A stretch of DNA of 64,000 bases from Prosthecobacter sp. GTDB taxonomy: Bacteria > Verrucomicrobiota > Verrucomicrobiia > Verrucomicrobiales > Verrucomicrobiaceae. The notes beneath the pieces were generated by a model, which saw only the letters and a list, made by a program, of their open reading frames with translations, was not told the origin of the DNA and made no database searches. Shown one piece after another: positions 42,513 through 51,961 of this stretch. Every line of letters begins with the position of its first letter. Within the stretch, counting starts at the first letter, position 1. Position numbers and translations under genes: made by a program. The DNA lies in assembly GCF_014879935.1 (NCBI RefSeq), contig NZ_JACSRD010000202.1, positions 4,572 to 68,571 on the forward strand. Reading direction: 5' to 3'.

Positions 42513-43397
42513 TCAGTGTTTCCAGAATGGCGTCCATTTCGGTCCGAAGCCGAGGCGGTTGCGCAGTTGAGTGACGAGCTTGCCGAACATGAACTCGCTG
42601 AAGCAGCCGAAGCTCAGCAGCACCGACGAGCGCACGGAGAGTTTCCGCGTGTATTGATGGAAGATGGGGAAGGGGAAGCCCGCGCCGTTCACCACCCAGC
42701 GCTTCCGCCAGTCAAAGCGGGCGGCTTTCGCGGCGGCGGCATCGGTGGCGTTGTGCGCGGCCCCGTAATGGGCCACGAGGGCGTCATCCGCGCTCAGGAG
42801 CGCCACGCGATCATGGAACTCCGGCTGGCGGATGACGTGATTGGTGGCCACCTGGTCGCCGCCGAAGCCTCCGGTGGCCGTTTTGCACACGGCGAAGCAA
42901 GCGAGCGAGAATTCGCGCATGTCGCCGGCGTAGCCGCCCATGACGCCGGCGCAGTAGATCTCGGCGTCCAGCAAGGAATCGACCAGATGCGGGAACAGAC
43001 TTCGCAGGGAGCGTTCGTTCCACCACTGGTCCTTGTAGCGCAGACCTTCGGAGGCGATGAAAAGGCGCTTGTCCTTGAGCGCACGGTCCATCACTACGGA
43101 GGGATTGACCGAGAAGGCCACGTCACGCACGTCGGCCACCATGATGCGGTCATCCGGGGCGCAGGTTTCGAGGAAGAGGGCGATGTCGCGGCGGCGGTCG
43201 CGGTTCACATCGTTGTCGCTCCGGGCCTTGACGACGATGACGCCTTTGCGTTCGAGCTTGGTCAGCAGGGCGGGCTCGAGGTGCTCGTAGCAGATCATGA
43301 CGATCTTGCCGGTGAAGCCGGATTTGATCGCGGAACGGTGCCAGCAGCACACGTCTGCCCAGTCGTGGTAATCAATCGCGCCGATGAGGTAATCCAT
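42513..43397 (-). CDS. Hypothetical protein, possibly a GT-A-like nucleotide-sugar transferase (unassigned family)
   Basis: 294-aa ORF packed into the operon (13-nt and 20-nt gaps). I recognise no family. IMVADVRDVAFS could be a DxD-type motif, and IFHQYTR recurs near the C-terminus. It is coding by context. Confidence 0.55.
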   Translation of the reverse strand: MDYLIGAIDYHDWADVCCWHRSAIKSGFTGKIVMICYEHLEPALLTKLERKGVIVVKARSDNDVNRDRRRDIALFLETCAPDDRIMVADVRDVAFSVNPSVVMDRALKDKRLFIASEGLRYKDQWWNERSLRSLFPHLVDSLLDAEIYCAGVMGGYAGDMREFSLACFAVCKTATGGFGGDQVATNHVIRQPEFHDRVALLSADDALVAHYGAAHNATDAAAAKAARFDWRKRWVVNGAGFPFPIFHQYTRKLSVRSSVLLSFGCFSEFMFGKLVTQLRNRLGFGPKWTPFWKH

Positions 43398-43417
43398 GTT
43401 GTTGAGGAGGTGGTGGG

Positions 43418-44350
43418 TTAAGCCGAGGCGTTTGCGGTTGCGTAGGGCGGGTAGGACTTTTTGATCTCCTGCCAGCGCAGCAGTGTTTTCACCGCCAGCG
43501 GCTTGCGCGCATGGCAGAGCGCAGGAAGGGCGGTGGTGAAATCACGCAGGGCCTGGAAGAAGAGCGGCAGCCACTTTCCGCCGGTCCATTCACGGGCGTA
43601 ACGCAGATGCCGCGCTCCCTGGACGAGGCGCAGCAGGAAGGTGCAGGCCAGCAGCGGCAGCGGTTCGTGCAGAACGGCCTGATACCAGGCATTGCGCGCG
43701 TTCAGCATGGCGCGGCGGCGGTTGCTGCGGGCCACGGGACTCGGATTGTGGCAGATGCAGGTGTCGGGCAGATAGACAACCGCGTAGCCCATGTCGAGCT
43801 GGCGGCGGCAGAATTCATTCTCCTCGCCATAGATCTGGAGCAGCGGCTGGAAGCCTTCCAGCTTGTGGTAAACATCCGCTCGGACCAGTGCGGCGCAGGT
43901 CATGAAGCCGCAGGTGAAGCAGGCGTGCTCCACGGGAGCCGGTTGCGTGTAGGGCGCGAGTTTGCCGTCTTCCGTGGACTGCGGATAAGCGATGGAGCCG
44001 ACGGATGAGTCATTGAGAAGGATGTGGAGGCCTTCGTCGATGCCTTTGCGCTCAAGGACGAGCGAATCGTCATCAAGGAAGAGGTAAACGGAGCCGGTGG
44101 CACGTTCAGCGAGCTGATTGCGCCCCAAGGTGGGGAAGACCGGTTCATCGGACGAGATGATGTGCAGGCGGTTCCGCACTCGGGAGGGCAGGGAATCGAA
44201 ACAGTTGTCACGCCAGGGATGCGTCGGCGCGTTTTTGAGCAGGAGCACCTCGTGGAGCAAGTCGCCAAGCCGGGAGAGGCTTTCGAGGCAGCGGGTGACT
44301 TCGTCGAGGCGGTCACCGCAGATGATGAGGGCTGAGATCTCGTGTGCCAT
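43418..44350 (-). CDS. Glycosyltransferase family 2
   Basis: ISALIICGDRLDEVTRCLESL..VYLFLDDDS. Confidence 0.8.
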   Translation of the reverse strand: MAHEISALIICGDRLDEVTRCLESLSRLGDLLHEVLLLKNAPTHPWRDNCFDSLPSRVRNRLHIISSDEPVFPTLGRNQLAERATGSVYLFLDDDSLVLERKGIDEGLHILLNDSSVGSIAYPQSTEDGKLAPYTQPAPVEHACFTCGFMTCAALVRADVYHKLEGFQPLLQIYGEENEFCRRQLDMGYAVVYLPDTCICHNPSPVARSNRRRAMLNARNAWYQAVLHEPLPLLACTFLLRLVQGARHLRYAREWTGGKWLPLFFQALRDFTTALPALCHARKPLAVKTLLRWQEIKKSYPPYATANASA

Positions 44351-44352
44351 GA

Positions 44353-44991
44353 TCAGGAGTGGTTGGTTGAGGATGAGCGGACAGGGCGTGCGGGCACGCC
44401 GGCCCAGGTTTCGCCGGGAGGAATGGAGCGGGTGACCACCGAGCCTGCGCCGATCACCGCTCCATCGCCGATGTGGACGCCTTTGAGCACCACACAGCGG
44501 GCGCCGAGCCAGACGTTGCGGCCGAGGATGATCGGCGCGACCGCGAGCGGCTGGGCGTTCATCGGTTTCGCGACGTCCAGGCCGTGATTGCTGTCCACAA
44601 AGGTGCAGTTGGACGCGATGAGGCAGTCGTCGCCGACAAGGACCTTTTCGCGGATGTTGAATTCGCAGCCGCGACCGATGAAGACGCGATCACCGAAGAT
44701 CATGGAAGGTCCGGGCATCCAGTGGTGCGAGTAGTTGAAGAACACATCCGGCTGCAAGGTGCAGTCGCTGCCGAGCTGGATCTGATGCGGCCAGGTGATC
44801 TGAATGCGGGGCATCTGCGTTCCGCTGCCGATGCGTGCACCGCGCAGGCGCAGGAGCAGTTTGCGGATGAATTGCACAGGCGATCCGGTCAATTCCAGGC
44901 GTCGCCATGCTCGTTGGAGCGTCGCAACGGGAGATTCCGAAGATGCGGCGGAGATCGCCGTGAACATCGTGCGAGTGCTGATTTCCGACAT
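44353..44991 (-). CDS. Hexapeptide-repeat acetyltransferase (WbbJ/LacA-like)
   Basis: VFIGRGCEFNIREKVLVGDDCLIASNCTFVDSNHG..PIILGRNVWLGARCVVLKGVHIGDGAVIGAGSVVTRSIPPGETWAGVPARP. Confidence 0.8.
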   Translation of the reverse strand: MSEISTRTMFTAISAASSESPVATLQRAWRRLELTGSPVQFIRKLLLRLRGARIGSGTQMPRIQITWPHQIQLGSDCTLQPDVFFNYSHHWMPGPSMIFGDRVFIGRGCEFNIREKVLVGDDCLIASNCTFVDSNHGLDVAKPMNAQPLAVAPIILGRNVWLGARCVVLKGVHIGDGAVIGAGSVVTRSIPPGETWAGVPARPVRSSSTNHS

Positions 44992-44994
44992 GGC

Positions 44995-45897
44995 TCAAAA
45001 GCCGAATTTCGGCAGAGGGCGGGCATTGCTGCGCCAGAAGCGGCTGCGGGGGGCGCTCATCCACTTCCACACCCAGCCGGGTGTCTGGCACAGGACGAGA
45101 AACCACTCGCCAAGGAAGAGCATCAAGGCGCGGCGGTTTTCAGACGACCAGTGCTGGCCGCGAAAGCGGGACTGGATGACACGCAACGCATGCCAGGGCA
45201 GACGCCAGGCCACGGTGAGGCCGGAAGCGCCCTGATCGAAGGCGAAGATGACTTTTCCTTCCCAGCGGCGGGCGAGTTTCGCCACGTCGGGCACCGGGCG
45301 GAGCGGATGCACGGCCTTGGCGTCTGGAACGAACTGCACTTCATAACCCGCACGGGTCAGCCGGGCGCTGAGATCCGTGTCCTCGGCATAAACACCGCCG
45401 CGATAGCGCTCGTCGAAGCCCTCCATCAAACGATAGGTGGCGGAGCGGATGGCGAAGTTGCAGGAGCAGGAGAGATACGTGAGCGCACGAAGCTTCTGCG
45501 GAGCCTCCCAGAGCAGCGATGGCGGCTGCGGATCGCGTCGCGTGGCACCTTCGAGCACGCAAAGGCTGGCCGATGCCGGGCGCATGGCGGCGAGGTAGGC
45601 CGGGACGAGGCCTGGCTCCGGCAGCAGATCGTCATCCAGAAAGATCAGCCATTCACCGCGTGCGACAACGGCTCCGCGATTGCGATTCGCGGCGGGCCCG
45701 AGGCGTGGACCCTGAACCCAGCGCACGGCGGGAAACTCGGCCGCAAGCATGTCGCGTGAAGCCGCAGTCGCGCCGTCGTCGGTGACGATCAACTCGACAC
45801 TGCCATCCGCCGGCAGTTGCGTGACCAGCTTTTCAACGCAGAGCCGCAGATCGTGGGTGCGGTTACAGGTGGGGATGATGATGGAGGCGAAAATCAT
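44995..45897 (-). CDS. Glycosyltransferase family 2
   Basis: ASIIIPTCNRTHDLRLCVEKL..ELIVTDDGATAAS..LIFLDDDLLP. Confidence 0.85.
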   Translation of the reverse strand: MIFASIIIPTCNRTHDLRLCVEKLVTQLPADGSVELIVTDDGATAASRDMLAAEFPAVRWVQGPRLGPAANRNRGAVVARGEWLIFLDDDLLPEPGLVPAYLAAMRPASASLCVLEGATRRDPQPPSLLWEAPQKLRALTYLSCSCNFAIRSATYRLMEGFDERYRGGVYAEDTDLSARLTRAGYEVQFVPDAKAVHPLRPVPDVAKLARRWEGKVIFAFDQGASGLTVAWRLPWHALRVIQSRFRGQHWSSENRRALMLFLGEWFLVLCQTPGWVWKWMSAPRSRFWRSNARPLPKFGF

Positions 45898-45914
45898 GCG
45901 CGTGGATCGTCCGT

Positions 45915-47075
45915 TCAGTTCAAAGAGCTGATCTGCCAGGCCTTCAGGTGGCAGCTGACCATGTTTGCAGTCGTGTAGTGCAGGAGCTGATGACGAAGCC
46001 CGGCGAGACCGACGCGGTGACGGTGCTCCGGGTTTGTCAGCAGCCGCAGCAGGCTTGCGGCCAACTGCTGCGGCTGCTGATCAGCCCACACACCTGTGAC
46101 ATCATCTTCGACCAGCTCACGACTGGCCGGGGCCGTGCCACAAATGACTGGTTTGCCATACGACCACGCCTCCACATAGACGATCCCGAAGGACTCGTGG
46201 GCGGACGGCAGGCAAAAAACATCGCAAGCCGCGTAAGCGTCGGCTTTTTCCTGCTCCGAAGGGCAGCCGAGGTCACGAATGCTGTCTGGCGAGATCCGGG
46301 AGAGGCGTGTTTCATCGGGATCGCCCGGGCCGGCGAGCAAAAGGACGGCTTCAGGGCATTGACGCATCACCAGCGGCCAGGCGTCGAGGAGAGCTGGATA
46401 GCCTTTTCCGGAATCGCGACGTCCCAGGAAGAGTGCCGTCGGCCGGTCGGCGATTTCGAGGCGGGAGCGCAACGCGAAGCCGTCGCCATTGGTGGGGCAC
46501 ATCGGTGGCAGGCCGCAGCGGATCAGTTTGTCCACGGGAACTCCACGTGCGGCCAGATGCACGCGCTCATGCTCGGACTGGCAGAAGACGGCGTCAGCTT
46601 TCTGATACAGCCGCACGTCAAAGGCGTCATCGCCCCAGCTTTGTGGATGGACGGCGGGCCACACGGTGAAGGGAACACCTGCCTCGCGGGCTTCACGCCA
46701 GAGCGGATAGCCGATGATGTCCCAGCCTGTGCCGACGAAGTGAAGGACATCGACGTCTGCGATGGATGACTTCCAGGTGTCGTGGTGGTTCATCATCCGG
46801 CTGAGGGTGTCGGCGAAGCGGAGCAGGGGACCGCGTGAGGCGAGGCGGCTGACGAGGCTGCGCTGCCGCTGCCAGGTCGTCTGCGGCATCAGTTCAGTGG
46901 CCGGCCACTTCAAGGAGTCCACGGATGAGTCCTTGTCGGTCTGAAGGTGCTGCACGCTCAGAAAGTGGCCGTTGATGCGGCAGAAACTCTGCAAGCCGGA
47001 GGCGAGCTCACGCTGATAAGCGGCCAGACCGCCGACAGACGCCGGGTGGATGCGGGATGCGATGGCGACTTTCAT
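45915..47075 (-). CDS. Glycosyltransferase family 4
   Basis: LFLGRRDSGKGYPALLDAW..LPSAHESFGIVYVEAWSYGKPVICGTAPASRELV. Confidence 0.85.
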   Translation of the reverse strand: MKVAIASRIHPASVGGLAAYQRELASGLQSFCRINGHFLSVQHLQTDKDSSVDSLKWPATELMPQTTWQRQRSLVSRLASRGPLLRFADTLSRMMNHHDTWKSSIADVDVLHFVGTGWDIIGYPLWREAREAGVPFTVWPAVHPQSWGDDAFDVRLYQKADAVFCQSEHERVHLAARGVPVDKLIRCGLPPMCPTNGDGFALRSRLEIADRPTALFLGRRDSGKGYPALLDAWPLVMRQCPEAVLLLAGPGDPDETRLSRISPDSIRDLGCPSEQEKADAYAACDVFCLPSAHESFGIVYVEAWSYGKPVICGTAPASRELVEDDVTGVWADQQPQQLAASLLRLLTNPEHRHRVGLAGLRHQLLHYTTANMVSCHLKAWQISSLN

Positions 47076-47095
47076 GATCGTGCAGGTGGTTGCTG

Positions 47096-47938
47096 TCAGT
47101 TCAATACCGGCAGAGCGACGCGATGGCGCTGCATCTGGCCGAGATGCATGCGCAGCGGCTCCCAGTGGAACACCGCGTCTCCAGGACGCAGGAAGTGATC
47201 TCCGAGCAGGTCATGGCGCACAAAGAAGGCATCCGTGCCGGAGAGTTCGCAGCCGACGAGCGAGTAACCGCCTGACTCGGCGATGGTGCTGATGGCGCCG
47301 AGCGTGGCACCGAAGTGCGTGGAGCCATCCCAGACGGCGTTTGCGTCGTAAGGTGCGGACCAGTTGAGATCAGATGGCAGCATGCCGTTGTATTCGACGC
47401 TGAACACGCGTGGCTTCAGGGCGATCAACTCGCCGAAGATGTGGTGGGTGTTGTAGTCGATGTCGATGCTGAGGAGGTCGAGGTCGTCAGCGAAGCCGTT
47501 GTCAGCGAGGAGCGAGCGGCAGTTCTCGCGGTTCACGAACTCGCGGCAGATCTTCAGTTTCCTGCGCAGCAGCAGGGTCTGGACGCTGGTGGGAAGCTGC
47601 GTGTCGGGAGCGAGCCCGGCATCGACCCACAGGCCGCTCCAGCCTTTGAGCAGCAGCAGGTTGGTGTTGTTCTCCTCGGGAGCCGTGCCGATCTCGACGA
47701 AGCGGCCGCGGCCTTCGCCGATGCGGCGGAAGATCTCGGCGAGCATGCCATCCTGTCCGTATTGGGCGAAGATCTTCTGACGGAACGGCATCAGCGACTT
47801 CGGCTGCTGATACTTGGCGGCCTGCATGAGCTGGCATTCGAGCAGTTCGCACAGAAGGCTGGCGGAACGGGCGCTGGAGATGCCGGAGATGTCGATGTTG
47901 GCCTTCATCTGGCCGATTTTGGAGAGCACTTGTTTCAT
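47096..47938 (-). CDS. FkbM-like methyltransferase-family protein
   Basis: Start re-set to MKQVLSKIGQ (ATG 47938). FAQYGQDGMLAEIFRRIGEGRGRFVEIGTAPEENNTNLLLLKGWSGLWVDAG resembles the SQ-GED..F....G-FV-IGA....SNT..LE..GW-G-L-E block of FkbM-type enzymes. Confidence 0.6.
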   Translation of the reverse strand: MKQVLSKIGQMKANIDISGISSARSASLLCELLECQLMQAAKYQQPKSLMPFRQKIFAQYGQDGMLAEIFRRIGEGRGRFVEIGTAPEENNTNLLLLKGWSGLWVDAGLAPDTQLPTSVQTLLLRRKLKICREFVNRENCRSLLADNGFADDLDLLSIDIDYNTHHIFGELIALKPRVFSVEYNGMLPSDLNWSAPYDANAVWDGSTHFGATLGAISTIAESGGYSLVGCELSGTDAFFVRHDLLGDHFLRPGDAVFHWEPLRMHLGQMQRHRVALPVLN

Positions 47939-47954
47939 GAGTGTTTGGGGGAAT

Positions 47955-49271
47955 TCAGAGCGAGGCGCGACCGCGCCAGCCGTTGATGAGGAGGAAGGTG
48001 TTGAGGAGCAGATTGCCGATGGAGCCCGCCCACATGAGCGCGATGGCTCCATTCACGGTGGACAGGTCGAGGAAGCAGGCGGCGATGGCCTGGCTGCCGA
48101 AAACGAGCAGCGGTCGCGTCCATGAGTGACGCACCCAGCCCTTCGATTGAATCGGTGTGGCCGCCACGGTGACGACGAAGGCAAAGACCTGGAAGGCGAG
48201 GAAGAAAACGAGCTCCTGCTGCAATCCGGCGTATTCCGGACCGAGCAGTCGCAGAAGCGGCTCACGCATGAACCAGCCTGCGGCAAGTATGACCGTGCCA
48301 CCCAGCAGGGCGAGCAGACTGCTGCCCGTCCACATCTTCCAGAGGCGTTTCGGATCGTGTTCCGCAGACATGCGCGGCAGCAGCACGCCTGAGGCGATGG
48401 AGAGCGGCACCTGGAGGATCAGGGAGACGCGGCTGATGGCACCGAGATCGGCCACTTTGTCGATGTTGCCGACGAAACCGACGATGATCGCGGCGATCTG
48501 TGCCTCGAAGAGATAGGTGAGGCTGGTGGGAAGGCCGACGAGGAAGTGTTTCTTCAGGCGGAGCGTCGCGGCCGGATCGGGCTGCTGCTCGAAGGCGGCG
48601 TGCGCGCGCGCCTTCGGCAGCAGCCAGCCAAACACCGTCGGCAGCGGAGCCAGAACGGTGACAATCATGACAGTGACCGCGTCCGCCATCGCCCAGGCGA
48701 CCAGCACGGCGAGGAGTGCCAGCCGCAGGGTGGAGTTCATGATGTTCTCCCACTGCGGAATCGAGTAACGGCGGGCGAGGCTCAACGGCGTGCTGAACAT
48801 CTGCGCGGCAATGCTCATCGAGACGGAGATCAACGCGGCTCCCACGAGCAGCGTGGTCTTCCACACGGAGCAACCGCTGTGGAGTAGCAGATAGACGAAC
48901 ACCGGAATGCCCGCCAGCGAGCCCACCAGCAGCAGCGAACCACGGAATCGCGTGGCCGAGGCCAGCACGGAGCCGAGTCTGAGCCGGTCGCGGGCCGCCT
49001 CGCCAGCGAGCGGCATGAGTCCCGTGCCGATGCCGGTCACCGTGAACATGCCGAGTGCGGAGACGAGGTTGTTCGCCAGCGAATACCAGGCGTATTCGGT
49101 TTTGGCCAGCGAGCGAACGATGAAAAATGCCCCGATCATCTGGACGATCCGCCCGAGGATGTTCAGCGACGCGTAAGATGCCACGACGCGGAACGCGCGG
49201 CGCAAGGTCTGGAGCGCGGGCAGGCGAAAGCCCTGCCGTGGCGCATCCATCGTCTGTGGGGAGGCTTCCAT
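47955..49271 (-). CDS. Second Wzx-type flippase / polysaccharide biosynthesis membrane protein (MOP superfamily)
   Basis: Start re-set to ATG 49271. Polytopic: LNILGRIVQMIGAFFIVRSLAKTEYAWYSLANNLVSALGMFTVTGIGTG.., about 12 hydrophobic segments. Confidence 0.75.
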   Translation of the reverse strand: MEASPQTMDAPRQGFRLPALQTLRRAFRVVASYASLNILGRIVQMIGAFFIVRSLAKTEYAWYSLANNLVSALGMFTVTGIGTGLMPLAGEAARDRLRLGSVLASATRFRGSLLLVGSLAGIPVFVYLLLHSGCSVWKTTLLVGAALISVSMSIAAQMFSTPLSLARRYSIPQWENIMNSTLRLALLAVLVAWAMADAVTVMIVTVLAPLPTVFGWLLPKARAHAAFEQQPDPAATLRLKKHFLVGLPTSLTYLFEAQIAAIIVGFVGNIDKVADLGAISRVSLILQVPLSIASGVLLPRMSAEHDPKRLWKMWTGSSLLALLGGTVILAAGWFMREPLLRLLGPEYAGLQQELVFFLAFQVFAFVVTVAATPIQSKGWVRHSWTRPLLVFGSQAIAACFLDLSTVNGAIALMWAGSIGNLLLNTFLLINGWRGRASL

Positions 49272-49315
49272 CGTCGGGAAGCGATTGTCTTCAGCCGCGG
49301 CGGGCTGATTCCAGC

Positions 49316-50695
49316 CTACGCGGGCTGGTCGGTGGGCAGCGGCTTGCCGATGCTGTACACCTTGAAGCCGATTTCGCGGAGCTTCTTGTGATCGAGCAGG
49401 CTGCGGCCGTCGAAGATCCACGCGGGCTTGACCATCGACTTGTAGATCGCGTCGAAGTCGAGCTTGCGGAATTCATCCCATTCGGTCAGCACGAGCAGCG
49501 CATGGGCACCCTGGGCCGCCTGTTCGGCGCTGGTGGCGAATTCGACGTTCGGACTGGCCGGATCAATGCCGAGATCGGTGCACATCTGTGCCGTGGTGAC
49601 CTTGGGATCGTAGATCGAGAGGGACGCCCGTTCCTCCAGGAGATCCTGGCAGACGTAAATGGCCGCGGACTCACGCGTGTCGTTGGTGTCTTTTTTGAAG
49701 GCGAAACCGAGGACGGCGATGCGTTTGCCGGTGACGGTGTTGAAGAGCGTGCGCAGGACACGCTCGGCGAAGCGGTGCTTCTGCCAGTCGTTCATCTCGA
49801 TGACCTGCTGCCAGTAGGCGGCGACTTCAGGGAGCCCGAAGTGACCGCAGAGATAGACGAGATTCAGGACGTCCTTCTGGAAGCAGGAGCCGCCGAAACC
49901 GACGGAAGATTTGAGGAACTTCGGTCCGATGCGCGAATCGGTGCCGATCGCGCGGGCGACTTCGTCCACATCAGCGCCGGTCTTTTCGCAGAGGGCGGAG
50001 ATGCTGTTGATGGAGGAGATGCGCTGGGCCAGAAAGGCGTTCGCGACGAGCTTGGAAAGCTCGGAGGACCAGAGATTGGTCGTGAGGATGCGCTCACGAG
50101 GCACCCAGTGGGCATAAACGCTCACCAGAGTCTCGACGGCGGCGAGACCCCCAGGAGTCTGCTCGCCACCGATGAGAATGCGGTCAGGTGCGTTCAAATC
50201 AGCGACGGCGGTGCCTTCAGCAAGGAACTCCGGGTTCGAAAGCACCTGGTGTTTGAGGCCTTTCTCGCTGGAGGCGAGGATGGTCTGGATGGCCTCGGCC
50301 GTGCGGACCGGAATGGTGCTCTTTTCGACGATGATTTTCGGCGTTTCGGCCACTTCCGCGATGGTGCGGGCGACGGACTCGATGAAACGCAGATCCGCTG
50401 CCTTGTGGGCGCCGACCCCGAAGGTTTTGGTCGGCGTGTTGACGCTGACGAAGATGATGTCGGCGTCGCGGATGGCTTGTTTGACTTCAGTGGAGAAAAA
50501 CAGGTTTTTTCCGCGGGCGTTGACCACGAGATCATCGAGGCCCGGTTCATAGACCGGCAGATCCGCCGAATTCCAGGCGGCGATGCGTTCAGCGTTGAGG
50601 TCCACGACATCCACACGGATGTCCGGGCACTTGGCGGCGATCATCGCCATGGTAGGTCCGCCGACATAGCCGGCACCGATGCAGCAAATTCTCAT
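49316..50695 (-). CDS. ugd: UDP-glucose 6-dehydrogenase
   Basis: [20 protein letters not shown] (NAD-binding GxGxxG); [16 protein letters not shown] (catalytic Cys block); full-length collinearity with the long UGDH type. Confidence 0.95.
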   Translation of the reverse strand: MRICCIGAGYVGGPTMAMIAAKCPDIRVDVVDLNAERIAAWNSADLPVYEPGLDDLVVNARGKNLFFSTEVKQAIRDADIIFVSVNTPTKTFGVGAHKAADLRFIESVARTIAEVAETPKIIVEKSTIPVRTAEAIQTILASSEKGLKHQVLSNPEFLAEGTAVADLNAPDRILIGGEQTPGGLAAVETLVSVYAHWVPRERILTTNLWSSELSKLVANAFLAQRISSINSISALCEKTGADVDEVARAIGTDSRIGPKFLKSSVGFGGSCFQKDVLNLVYLCGHFGLPEVAAYWQQVIEMNDWQKHRFAERVLRTLFNTVTGKRIAVLGFAFKKDTNDTRESAAIYVCQDLLEERASLSIYDPKVTTAQMCTDLGIDPASPNVEFATSAEQAAQGAHALLVLTEWDEFRKLDFDAIYKSMVKPAWIFDGRSLLDHKKLREIGFKVYSIGKPLPTDQPA

Positions 50696-50720
50696 AGAAG
50701 GAGGAAGGGGAGGAAAGGGT

Positions 50721-51713
50721 TCAGTTGAGGGCCATTCCGCGCACCGGCATCTTCATCGGCCGGGGCTGGGAGGCTGGGTTGTTGAGGAGTTGGGAGAAAT
50801 AGGCGATGGTGTGGTCGAGCCCTTCGGACAAGGGGATTTTTGGCTCCCACCCGAGCTTTTGTCTAGCAAGGGTGATGTCCGGCTGGCGCTGCTTGGGATC
50901 GTCCGCCGGGAGCGGACGGAAGGTGATCTTGGATTTGCCACCGACCTTCTGCAGGACCAGTTCGGCGAGTTCGAGCATGGTGAACTCACCCGGATTGCCG
51001 ATGTTGACAGGGCCGGTGAAATTCTCCGTCTCCATCAGCTTGAGGAAGCCGGAGATGAGATCGTCCACATAACAGAAACTGCGCGTCTGGCTGCCGTCGC
51101 CATAGATCGTGAGATCCTGGCCGCGCAGAGCCTGCACGATGAAGTTTGAAACGACGCGGCCATCGTCCGGGAGCATGCGGGGCCCATAGGTGTTGAAAAT
51201 GCGCACGACACGGATGTCCACGCCATTCTGGCGGTGGTAGTCAAAGAACAGGGTCTCGGCCACCCGCTTGCCTTCATCATAGCAGGAGCGCGGGCCGATG
51301 GTGTTCACGTGGCCCCAGTAGCTTTCAGGCTGCGGATGCACTTCAGGATCGCCATAGATCTCGGAGGTGGAGGCCTGAAAGACGCGGGCGCGGACGCGGC
51401 GGGCGAGCCCGAGCACATTGATGGCACCCATGACCGAGGTCTTGATGGTCTTGATGGCGTTGTATTGGTAATGCGGCGGAGATGCGGGACAGGCGAGGTT
51501 GTAGATCTGGTCCACTTCCACGGTCACCGGCTCGGTGATGTCGTGACGCATGAACTCAAAATTTGGATTCCCCATGAGATGAGCGATGTTCTCCTTCCGG
51601 CCGGTGAAAAGATTGTCGAGGCAGATGATCTCGTTGCCTTCATTGAGTAGGCGCTCACAAAGATGGGAACCGAGGAATCCTGCTCCGCCGGTGATGAGAA
51701 TGCGTTTTTTCAT
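50721..51713 (-). CDS. uxs: UDP-glucuronate decarboxylase (UDP-xylose synthase)
   Basis: [18 protein letters not shown]; [27 protein letters not shown]; STSEIYGDP; CYDEGKR (YxxxK); [16 protein letters not shown]. These are the hallmark UXS blocks. Confidence 0.95.
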   Translation of the reverse strand: MKKRILITGGAGFLGSHLCERLLNEGNEIICLDNLFTGRKENIAHLMGNPNFEFMRHDITEPVTVEVDQIYNLACPASPPHYQYNAIKTIKTSVMGAINVLGLARRVRARVFQASTSEIYGDPEVHPQPESYWGHVNTIGPRSCYDEGKRVAETLFFDYHRQNGVDIRVVRIFNTYGPRMLPDDGRVVSNFIVQALRGQDLTIYGDGSQTRSFCYVDDLISGFLKLMETENFTGPVNIGNPGEFTMLELAELVLQKVGGKSKITFRPLPADDPKQRQPDITLARQKLGWEPKIPLSEGLDHTIAYFSQLLNNPASQPRPMKMPVRGMALN

Positions 51714-51961
51714 GGTGACTGATGATTTTTCGGGAAGGGGTGTGGCTTTCTGCGTAATGGGCGAGACGGTATCTATGAACAGAGTTGGCTAGTTGTCATC
51801 CGGCGCTCTTGAGATTCGTCCAAGCTGCCGCCATTGGTTGAGTCGCTGCTCCACCGGGGCTTTTGAATTGAACTGCCATAAGCATCCGATCCGGCCATGA
51901 GAACTCCACTCTCTCACGATTCAGATGCTCGTAAGAGTTGCCTTATCCTGCATAAGACCTT

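Noticed and set aside
51714-51961. The lower-GC 248-nt stretch as a foreign insertion or mobile-element scar
   Set aside because: It contains no repeats, no ORF with family resemblance and no integrase or transposase nearby. It is simply the divergent promoter region between the 19-gene operon and the ligase-like gene.
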